A DNA stretch of 64,000 bases. Source: Octopus bimaculoides (Eukaryota). Each line of letters opens with the position of its first letter. Positions within the stretch are counted from its first letter, which is position 1. Positions 38,936 through 50,155 of this stretch are shown piece after piece. Location of the stretch: assembly GCF_001194135.2 (NCBI RefSeq), contig NC_068985.1, positions 18,581,546-18,645,545 of the forward strand, given 5' to 3'. The notes beneath the pieces are model-generated. The model saw only the letters and a list, made by a program, of their open reading frames with translations, was not told the DNA's origin and did not search any database. A program made the position numbers and the translations under genes.

Positions 38936-40379
38936 TTTTCCTGCTTGACACCCATCATTGGTTTGCTTACATCCCTGTAATTTAGTTGTTTGGCAAAAAG
39001 AGAATAATTGAATACCAGACTTTAAAAAAAGTACTGGGGACCAATTTGTTCAACTAAACCCTTTAAGGTGGTATCCCACCCAGCATGACCACAGTCTAAC
39101 TGAAACAAATAAAAAATACCTATGAATTTGTAAAATACAAGAATTATTTTTCCAACACAGATTATGTCTTTACTCCATAGGCTTTTTTTATACACTTGCA
39201 TTTCACCTTTGGTACTAAAAAAAGGATCCCCATCCCAGATTTAGTTATTTAGATAATATACTTAATACATAGTCGAAAGCCATTTTACACATTAAAAGTC
39301 TTGATGTTAATGGAGAATCCGCACAAATAGTGAAAAATGTGCATTCTGTATTTGTTTCCCCAACACAAAAGATGACTCACCATTCATGGCTGTTCACTCA
39401 ATTCTATTCCAATGGATGGACATTCTATACTCGCACACACACACACACACATATACAAGTGTGCATGTTTGAACATACACAAACACACGCTAAATCACAT
39501 TCCTCATCTTTATTTTAAGCAAGCTGAATACAACTGAAATGTCATAATCCTAAAAATAAATTAGCTCATTCATTAATTTGCTATTACTCCTGATGAGGGA
39601 ATAATCGCAAGGAATAACCAGCAAACCTGCATTCTCATATAATACAGAAATAAATCGGCAATGAAGTTACTCCCAAGTTAAAATTGGTGGTGGTTGAATG
39701 GTATAATATGTATCTCCTAAACCTTCAACTAAACCTTTTTCTTAAATTATTCCATAACCATTATTGTAATTACAGTTTTCACATTAATTTAGCCTAGACA
39801 AGCAGAGCAGTTAGAATGTTTGCTACTAAATGTCATTATACAAGCTAGAGCTAAACAATTTCTTTCAGCTATGCTCCCTTACTTTGTGTTCCTACTATAA
39901 ACTTTGTAAAGATTCCACAACAGAGGATAAACCTATAAAAACAAAGAATGAAAAATACTAAACAACCTAAGATCCAGATATTGTTTGATTTACTAATATC
40001 CCTGCAAAAATTCACAAATTTCTGGTGCCTTAAATCTTGAAACTATGTACCTCAAGCCATTACATTGGAGAAAATACCCCTAGCAAGTAGGGATACTAAC
40101 AGAAAAATGAGCTGTAATCAAATCCAAAATACCAGATTAAAAAAAATAAACACCAGCTCAGAAATTGAGAACTATTCTAAACTAAAATATATGAATTGGT
40201 TTATTAAATCATTCCAAACTGAAATAACCAAATACATATGCAGTTTTAAATACATACACATGTTCACACTACTTATTGTCCATAAAAATTCTGTGATAAT
40301 TATCATTTATAGATTCCTTGATGACTGTATTTCCCAATCCTTGAAGTACAGTCTCAGCTGAAGTCAAGACATGTAAATG

Positions 40380-41460
40380 TTTCATTGGAGTGAACAGGTG
40401 GCACTGCATGCAGGCCAGTTTTTTTCACTTTTTCTCATAGAACTGAGTTTGTTTCTCTTCCATGTCTTCAATTGCACTCCAACAACAAGACCAACATCAT
40501 CAATAAATGGATCTTCTACATTTGAAAAGTTGTTGTCAGACCTCTTCAAAATGGTCTTCAGCTTGTTTTGGAACCCTTTCCAGCAAAGATAATGATTATA
40601 GTGTAGATAAGGTAAAGAAGATCCTACTGAGGAGACAAGTGTCAAATTTGTAAAATTCCCATGTCCGTAAATCTTATAAGGTACCTGAAAGAATCTCATG
40701 GAGACAGTGTAAAGGCCTCCAGAGCCTTAATGTCTCTTATTCTGAAGAGTAAAAACACAAGCTGTTCTGTAGATAAGGACCCTAGTATGAAGGCTGAATT
40801 CATCTTACTGGTATTACTGGCAGATACACACAACAGGAAACTGAGGATTTACTAAAGTTAATGGAGGACTGAGATTACTGGTACATCATTGTGAGACACA
40901 TCTTGGTTACAACCACTTGGAGGCGATGATGGCTGAGATTGTTGTTTAGAATATTTCTGAGCCTTTCAAAGGATACAGAAACTTGTTTGAGGTCATTTAG
41001 AATATTACCATCCAAAATGCAATCTAAACTATATATATTTTATGGTGAATATCAACTTACATCTGAGAACAAGAACTTCTTATACAGACAGCTCTTCTTA
41101 AAGCACAGCAGCAAAGGACGTCATAGATGCATGGGCAACCAGAGAACCACAAATGCTTTTACCAATGCTACATCTATAGTGAGAATCATGAACGCTCTTA
41201 CTTATGCTATAAATTACCATGTGCTCCCACAAGTGGAGAAATTGCAGTATTCTACTAGAGACATGATATCCTACTATTTACAAAGTGTTAGCCATTTTTT
41301 TCTGGTTCCAAAAAGTTCCTGTGCATCAAATACATTACATTGCTCAAGATGACCAAAACTGAACGACACCAAGATCTCAAATCTGAGAAACATCTACAGG
41401 ACTGTTCTGACAAGAACCAATGCTTCAATACCTTCAAAGCAGTCTTACAGTACACTTACT
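40380..41460 (+). pseudogene. Decayed coding-like remnant of unknown origin (weak Myb-like motifs)
   Basis: Higher GC and sequence complexity than the flanks; long frames broken by single stops (ISWRQCK...GRYTQQETEDLLKLME; AWATREPQMLL...CSHKWRN). Confidence 0.3.
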
Positions 41461-41655
41461 CAACACTTCTTGTATTTTTATTACCTTTGCACTAAGTCAT
41501 AGACAATCACTGACCCTATGTATGGTTCATTTGTACCTTTAACAGGCTCCTCTTTTTTTCTTCAAATTTAGTTTCAACCAATCCTCATCACCAAGCTAGA
41601 CTGGAAAATGTGTCAGTTTAGACACTGTTAACCAACCATACCATAGGAAGTACTA

Positions 41656-41782
41656 CAGGGTGTCCACAAAGTCTGAGTACATGGGGATTAACACATACTT
41701 TAAGAAATTATTATTTCTTATATTTAATTGTTTATGTTATGATTTTATTTACTCCATGTACCCAGACTTTGTGGACACCCTG
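41656..41782. mobile_element. Tc1/mariner-type MITE (127 bp)
   Basis: 29-bp TIRs CAGGGTGTCCACAAAGTCTG[A/G]GTACATGG with 1 mismatch; TA target duplication. Confidence 0.92.
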
Positions 41783-43432
41783 TAGATTACAACTAGCTAC
41801 AAGAAAACCTTNNNNNNNNNNNNNNNNNNNNNNNNNNNNNNNNNNNNNNNNNNNNNNNNNNNNNNNNNNNNNNNNNNNNNNNNNNNNNNNNNNNNNNNNN
41901 NNNNNNNNNNNNNNNNNNNNNNNNNNNNNNNTATATATATGTTATCTCTTGCAAGGGGAAATTTGTTTAAAAAAAGAATGCACCGGTCCTGTTTCACTTA
42001 GTTAATAAATTAGATTAACTTATTCATTGCTTCACTAATTCTTTCAGTCAATTAATCAGTTAGTTTGTCATAATTTAGGACCTTATCAAAAACATGCAGT
42101 TGTTGCTTCAGGTCTTTCATAATGCATCCACACTGCATGTATCTGGATTGGCCATTCCTATTTGTTTCAACATAATCTCATATCAGGAATGCATATCTAC
42201 TCACACACACAGAAGCATGTGTGTAAGTGGCGTGTGTGTGTGTGTGTGAAAGCATGTGATTTAGTAGTTACACGATTCTGAGTAAGATTCTTGGTCCAGG
42301 CAGCATATATTTGATTAAAGCACATTTGTTCATATCACACTTGCTCTAGTTTGCTCAGTTGAAACTGTGCAGAATACCAGCCAAGTGCTGTGCAGCCCCA
42401 CTCTGTCCAATTGTCACATTCTGCATCAAGAGTGGGTGGCAAATAAATTACCAAAAGCATATTACAAGCTACCATGTCATTCTCATGGGAGACCACTAAA
42501 CTAAGTCCCTATATATATATAAATAACATGGATACATAGATAAGGTGTATAGATGGTACATCCTCTGGGAAAAAAATTATTATATATATATATAAGGTAT
42601 ATAAACATCTGCAAATGCAATCATGTGTATATTCTTTCTCATATCTACCATCAACATCTTCCCCACACACCACTTTTCTTTCCTATTCACCATAGCCACT
42701 ACTACATAACTCACCTCCACTTGTCCCTGTACATCTACCTCCCTCTGCTCTCCCACCCACACATCATCCTATTTTCTTATGCATATTCAGCAGTGGGGAG
42801 GGGTATTATACTTCTGCTCTCCACCCTTCCTGCACCGTCACTTATCACCTTCTTTCTGACCTCTTTCTTTTGCCTTCTCCCCCCCCATACTGATATTTAC
42901 CATTAACCACACTTCAACCCTTTTACACCATTCACTACATACCACCTGTCACTCTCCTCTTACACTCCTATGAACTTGTCCACTCATCCCACCTGATCCT
43001 CAAATCCATATTACCTTATGCACACCTTCTTGCACCTTGAAAATATGCTCCAACACCTGTCACCAATATTCTTTTCTTTTCAGTTGTAGTCATGTCTCTT
43101 TTTTTATAGCAAGAGACACCTGTGTCCATCCTATCATACTTCAGCCTCTCAGCACCTGGCATAAAGCCACCTCTCCCTCTGCTACAACTCACTCAGTTTG
43201 CTGATGGGGCAGGGTCGTTATTTCTTTGTCTTACTCATTACTTGGTGATTTGATTTCTCTAGTGCCGGTGTGACAAAAACACACCCAGTAAACTATAGAA
43301 TGTTCGGCAATAGGAACAGAATGAAGCTATAGAAACCATGCCAAAGCAGACATTGGAGTTCATGCAATCCTCCAGTGGATTGGATCCAAGTCAAAATGTC
43401 CAAACCATGCTAGCATGGAAGACTAATGACAA

Positions 43433-43490
<58 letters not shown>

Positions 43491-43632
43491 TCATGCATTC
43501 ACATATAGCAGATGTGTACTCCATATGCTGCACTCAATATAAGATATGGACAAACGAGAGATACTGCTTTCACAGGCCAACTAACTGAGAAAATAAGCTT
43601 CATATGCAACATTCACACTGGAACAATATGTA

Positions 43633-44392
43633 CAGAGTGGTTGGGCTAAATTTTATGAGATTTGTTTTATATCTCATTTTTTGCTTTTTTTTCAGGAACA
43701 GCTTTAATATATTGGTGAACGGTCAATGGAAAGCATAAAGATTAAAGTTGTAATTGAGAAAAAGTTAGCTGACAAGGATTGGAAGCCATCTGAATATTGG
43801 AAAAGAATTTCCTGTATCATTATTCACACCAGGTATCAAAATGCCAACATCATGACTCACTGTGCTGTAAATTCATCCCCACATTTTTGAACAGAGACTT
43901 AGGCTCAATTCAGATGGCTATGCGAAGCTGCTGGAAACTGATCAATCTCTGGCTGGAGAAGGTTGATGATGAAAGGCCATATGTGTGACAATAGGACTTG
44001 GCTCTTTGCCATACCTCTAGACAGAGTCAGAAGTGGTTGGAGAATTTCTATAACTTGAACAGCCCCAATTTTTGGCCTCCTAATTCTCTTGATAGTAATC
44101 CCATCGATTACTACATGTAGAGTGCAGTTGAGAAAAAACGCCAACTGCTCTGCTTGCAATACCAAGGAAGAGCTGGTGGCCAAGATCAAGATGTTTGATC
44201 TTCCCAAGGACACAGTGAGGAATGTATATGCCCAAGTTCTAGAGCCATCTTGAGGTCACAGTGGAAGTTGAGGGTAGCTACTTTGAATAAACTTATCCTC
44301 CGGCCATAATCAATTTTTTTTTGGGGTGGGGACAGGATATTGTGTTTTCTTTTCCTTTTATGCAAACTGTCAAATTACACCTGAACATCTTG
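43633..44392 (+). mobile_element. Internally deleted Tc1/mariner element with transposase pseudogene (~43,870-44,290), maT/DD37D-like
   Basis: LRLNSDGY...RPYV*Q*DLALCHTSRQSQKWLENF...FWPPNSLDSNPIDYYM*SAVEK; TA at both ends; degenerate TIRs. 36 residues lie between the last two Asp as read. Confidence 0.85.
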
Positions 44393-45594
44393 TACTACCA
44401 GTACACCAGAATTGTCAGCAAATCAGAAAAGAATACCTTGCTGTCTTTCTTCTGGTTCTTTACATTGCGATTTCAAATACAGCCAGAGTCAAATATGTAT
44501 ACCAACCTTTCAGTTTTCAGGTGGAATAAAGTACCACTTGAGTTATAGTTGTATACAGGGGTCAATTTCATTGATTAGCCACTTGCACAAGTTTTTGACT
44601 TTGTGCCTGTATTAGAAAAATATTTTTTCCCAGTCTTTATGTTCCAAGTTCAATTTCCACCAAGGTCAACTTTGTCTTTCATACTTTCAGAGTCAATAAA
44701 GTACCAGTCTAATACTAGAGCTAATGTAAACAATCCCCTCCCTGTGAAAGTTGCCAGCTTTGTGCCTAAATTTGAAGCATAACCTCATATTACTGGTACT
44801 TATTGTGCTGAAACAAAAATAAAAGGCACAGCTGCTCCTAACAGAATTGAATTCAGATCGATGAGATGATGAACTAGCTTCATAAAAACATCAAATCTAT
44901 ACTGGTTATCTCCAAGATTAATCCTACAATAAACTAGTAATAATAACTTGATATTTCACATTAGTTCAGTTGGAGGAATATATGACATAAACTGAAACAC
45001 ACTTCATTTGTTTTTCAATACTATTCTCAAGTGACCTATTTTATTGAGGACATTTTTTTATATATGTTGCCACATGGGATTGTCGAACATATTCATTTGA
45101 GAAACTATAGTTACAGTAGGTTGGAATCATAGGGAGTTTGCTGAAGTAATGAAGAACAGTGTTGAGAAAGAGCTTAGTAAAACTACATTAACATAACATT
45201 TGATATGTGTCTTTTTCAATGTTCTTGAAACTTGATATCACTTGATTTCAGAGCCAGACATTTTTATCCCACATTTTATGCTTCAGTTCTTAAAACTATG
45301 ACACCATATGAATGTGGAGGGAATATTCAAAAGTGTTTACTTCACCAAATCCTTTCATTGAATAGTAATACATCCAGATGACGGTGACGATAGTAAGAAT
45401 GTTGGTGGTGACAAAAAAAATAGGGCAGAAAGAGAGAGAAATTCTTTTAGTCTGTCACTTTTCCTATTTTAGGGGTAAGAGTTTTACTAGACAGCCACAA
45501 GGATCTAAATACAAATAAAATTTTATATATAAAAAGGAAAAAGGGATTGTAAACTGATGGTGAATACTGAAAACCCCAGAATTATTTTATATAT

Positions 45595-45965
45595 TTTTTA
45601 CCAGTTTCAGTCATTGGATTGCGGTCATGCTGGGGCACCACCTTGAAGGGTTTAGTCTAACAAATCTACCAGAGTAGTTATTTTTTGAAAGTCTAGTACT
45701 TATTCTACCAATCTCTTGTCAAACCTCAGTCACAGGGATATAAACAAACCAACTGTCAAGTGGGGGAGGGGGAATACACACATGTGCATGCATACATGTG
45801 TGTGACAAGTTTCCACACAATTTTTGTCACCCAAATTCTCACAAGGTATTGATCAGCCCAGGGCTATAATAAAATACACTTGCCCAAGGTGCCACACAAT
45901 GGGACTGAACTCAGAATCATACTGCTGCAAAGTAAGCCTCTTAACCATTCAACCACGTCTGCATC
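45595..45965 (-). mobile_element. SINE family 1 copy
   Basis: Head and tail motifs. Confidence 0.85.
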
Positions 45966-45987
45966 TATTTGAAGAAAAATTATCAGT

Positions 45988-46495
45988 AGGCCCAGGAAGA
46001 CCTGGGTTGAGGTGGTGAGGCAAGACCTTCGTACATTGGGCCTCACCGAGGCGATGACTACTGACCGAGACCTTTGGAAATGTGCTGTGCGTGAGAAGAC
46101 CCGGCAAGCCAAGTAAGATCGTTGCCAGTGCCCCTGGACTGGCTCTTGTGCGGGTGGCACATGAGATGCACCATTTTGAGCGTGGCCGTTGCCAGTACCG
46201 CCTGACTGGCTCCCGTAGGATTTTCGAGCGAGATCGTTGCCAGTGCCCCTGGACTGGCTTGTGCGGATGGCACATAAAAGACACCATTTCGAGCGTGGCC
46301 GTTTTCGTGCGGGTGACACGTAAAAGCACCCACTACACTCTCTGAGTGGTTGGCGTTAGGAAGGGCATCCAGCTGTAGAAACTCTGCCAAATTAGATTGG
46401 AGCCTGGTGTTGCCATCCGGTTTCACCAGTCCTCAGTCAAATCGTCCAACCCATGCTAGCATGGAAAGCGGACGTTAAACGATGATGATGATGAT
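45988..46495 (+). mobile_element. Young 5'-truncated RTE-clade LINE (ORF C-terminus, 3' UTR and (GAT)n tail)
   Basis: Encodes RPRKTWVEVVRQDLRTLGLTEAMTTDRDLWKCAVREKTRQAK*, a typical RTE C-terminus; tail CCAACCCATGCTAGCATGGAAAGCGGACGTTAAACGATGATGAT; probable TSD TCAGT; CpG-rich. Confidence 0.9.
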
Positions 46496-48779
46496 TTCAG
46501 TGTTAAAACAACTCCGAGTCAAAATGATTTTACATCAACTTACAAGAATAAAAATTTCATGAAACTGAGAAGTTAAAACTTCTCAGTTTCATCAGTTTTT
46601 AGTCTTAAAAATCTAATAATTGACAAGTTTTCAAAAATTAACATTACTTTCAAAACGTGATAGAATTAACTTTATGAAAATAGTGTTTGTTACCAAACAA
46701 AATTATTTCAGTTTTTAACTGGTATAAAATAACATCCATCAATGCCAATTATGAGGGTGTTGTTTTGTCCAAGTCAACTGTAATTATAGCTACAAATATA
46801 AGATTTTCTAGCTGTAACTATTTAATTCCTGAGTACTTGCAACAAAGCAGGAAATTTCAATACTCAAGCATTAAGAGTTGATCTTAAAACAGAAGCGAAG
46901 GTTGTTACAAAATGTCTCACATAGTATGTTAATTGTGGTACCATATTTTTGCAGGGAATAATCCTTATTTTTTTTGTATATCTATGACTGTGTTGCCCTG
47001 TGTGTCAGTTTTTTTTTTAAGATGGTAGATTTTAAGATGGTGATTTGAAGAAATTTTACTGCTATTTCTTGCAGGTCAAATGACCACATATGGATTCATT
47101 CATTAGGTTACAATAATTGTGAGTTCTATGTGCCTAGATAAAATATTCTCAGTAAAAACAAACAAGAAAAAAATCAATTGACCCTAATATATGACATCCA
47201 AAAGTTGACACATTACAATGTATAGAAACCACTATTGTTATATCTTAAATGAATTATCACTCCCATAGTTTTAAAAGGTTATTTAGACTATCACCATAGC
47301 TACATTAATACATCCTTGATTTATCAATAAATTATGCTGATTGAGATTACACAACAAAAGGGTTTATATCTTAGTATGTAACACAAAATGAGATGCACAA
47401 GTCTTTGCTTTGTAAAGCGATGAAACATGGGCAGGGAATGTAGAGAATTTACAGAAGTATACGTTGAGAAAAGTTCATGATAATGCAATCTTAACTTACA
47501 AAGTCAAAGCACAAATAAACCAAGAAGGCTATTGTATATGAAAAGCATTAGCTAATGTAAGTTCTTCCAGTCAGAGCTGAAGGGAGTGGTTACATGAGGC
47601 TTGAGAACATTGGATATATATATAACAGATGAAGTAAGATTAAGGTATCTGGGAAGGTACTTTACTGTCAACTCCCACTATGCCTTGTTACGATAGAAAA
47701 CAGAACCTGACAATTATGATACTAAAGACAATGATTATGAAATAATAATGGTTTTAAATTTGGCACAAGGCCAACACATTTTTTAGAGGGAGATAAGATG
47801 ATCATGTTGACCCCTGTGCTCAACTGCTACGCATTTTATCAACAATAAAAGATGAAAAGGCAGAGTAGACTTCATCAGTATTTGAACTCGAAATGTAATG
47901 AGTTGGGAAATGCACCTAAGCATTTTGTCTGTTGCTATGATTTTATCTTCTCAATGCCCTTTATTATGAAATAATAACAGGCCTATTTCTTGAATGCAAA
48001 CATGGCTGAATAAATAGGAAGTTAGATTCACAACCATTTGGTTATGGGATAGATCCCATAACCATGTATGGTACCTCAGAGAACAATCTTCTATTAATGT
48101 CCGAGGTTGACAAATACCTTGTGAGTAGAATTTGGTAAACGGATTGTGTGCAAAAGCCCACCAAATGTCTGTGTCCTATGTATGCTTGACTATAGTGCCA
48201 TTTAAATAAAATAAAAAAAGTATATCGAAAAGATAACAGCCTTTTTATAAATAGAAATTGATAAAACAAGAAACAAATAAGTACTAGGGTCAACTTAAAC
48301 TGTCAGAAGTGGTGCTCTAGCATGGTCACAGTCAGATGGCTCGAACCAGTGAGAAAAAAAAAAAAAAAAGGGAATATTGTATCATAACTAATCTTTCTTT
48401 CCCCCACCACTCAAATTTTTATCTGAGACATAGCTGAGTGTGAATATCAGAAAATAAAATAAAAGCTTCAAAGGCTATCAGGAAAATCTTATCTGATAAT
48501 TAGCTAATTTCATACGTTTAATACAAATAATCTTTTTCTCTTTAGCTCGATCAAATGGATTAGCTTAAGAAAACATTACAATTGTAGCATAAAAGAACAA
48601 ATTGTTGACTTTACCGGGTTTTCTTGCTAGACAAATTCAAACACTTTGCTGATGTCAAAACCAACATTACTTTGAGAGTTCTCAAAAGCAATGACCATTG
48701 ATTTGAATGTAACATACAAACTAGTTAATATAGTAAATTTGTCTTTACAAAAGCTACACTATTGGTAACAGAGAAAGCA

Positions 48780-49170
48780 ACTAAAAAGAGACTTGATGGT
48801 TATCATTTATATGTTTGATGCAAGAACAATAAATTGGTGGCTGGAAGTTCAGAGAGGTTGCCCTTCTTGGGAACAGGGCACAGTGAATCATTTCTTCAAT
48901 TTCTGATACAAAGCAATAAAGACAGTGGTTGAAGAATTCAGTAAGGGTGGAGTCTGTCTTAAAGAGTACACTGAGGGGAAACAATAAAATATTTGCTGTG
49001 TTGGGTTCATGCAAAGTTAACATTAAGGGGGTTCCAGAAAGTGTTTTGAGATGCACAAAATTGGAAGCAAAGTGGGCAGAAAATATGGTTTTATCTACAG
49101 AAATCCTGTTAACTGGACCAGTGTTATAAAAGTGTGATGGGTTCAAGATGAACTGTCTGAATCAGTTTCT
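48780..49170 (-). pseudogene. Decayed CR1/L2-group LINE RT N-terminal fragment (weaker remnants may extend to ~49,900)
   Basis: FSAHFASN...LTEFFNHCL...VPVPKKGNLS (across frameshifts) resembles the start of a non-LTR RT domain. Confidence 0.6.
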
Positions 49171-50005
49171 TCAACTTCCTGTATCAAATCAGCAGTGACA
49201 TAGAATGTGGAGGGAAGCCAAAAGAAATTGTGTGCATTAAAATCAAAGAATATGGTTTTAGAGAGAGAGAGAGAGAGAGAGATGAAGGGAGATAGTTCTC
49301 AGTGCAGGATGAAACAATTGTTAATTGGAGAAATTTTGGAGTGCTAAAGAAAAAAAAGATAAATTTAAAAAGGAATTGCATAAAGCATTTGAACCCAAGT
49401 AATAGAAAATCTTTGTAGGTTATGCTTAGGTGAATAAAGTGGAATTTCAAGTGGGTACAAACACCATATTTGGGAAACGAGTTATAATACTGAATGCAAC
49501 CATGTTAGCAGTTATGGGTTAGAGATAATGAATAAGAGAGTATTTTTTAATGATGAATAGCAGGTATGTTCTGCATAAATGGTGATCACAGGTGAACCAA
49601 AGTCCACAGAAATTGGAGCAGAGGAAGAAGAAGAACCAGTAAATTGGTTCTCATTTCCTGTATATTTTGATATGATTTTAGGGAGGAAAATGCTGGCTCT
49701 TAACAGAGAAGAGAAAGGAAAAATACCAACGATCCCATATCAATTTACATGTATATAGCCAGCCGGAAGTCAAAGAAACTGCAGGTGGCATTTAGGAACT
49801 CTGTGCTAGAAACATGCTAGTAATGAAGTAAGAGAAAACTGGATAAGGGATTATAAGCCAGATGATATTGCAGCTTCCCGACACATTACCCATGAGTTTT
49901 GGTTTCAGTACCATTGAAACCAGGAAACCAGGAAACTTTTTCTTCAGTATCAATGAAACCAGGAAACTTTTTCTTCTAGTAATTTCTGGATGTGTACTTT
50001 CTCAC

Positions 50006-50007
<2 letters not shown>

Positions 50008-50072
<65 letters not shown>

Positions 50073-50091
50073 NNNNNNNNNNGAGAGAGAT

Positions 50092-50130
<39 letters not shown>

Positions 50131-50155
50131 TAGACAGAGAGAGACAGAGAGAGTG
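50008..50155. repeat. (GA)n microsatellite with a 10-N gap; many (TA)n, (CA)n and (GA)n arrays elsewhere, most N-gaps abut them
   Basis: Directly visible. Confidence 0.95.
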
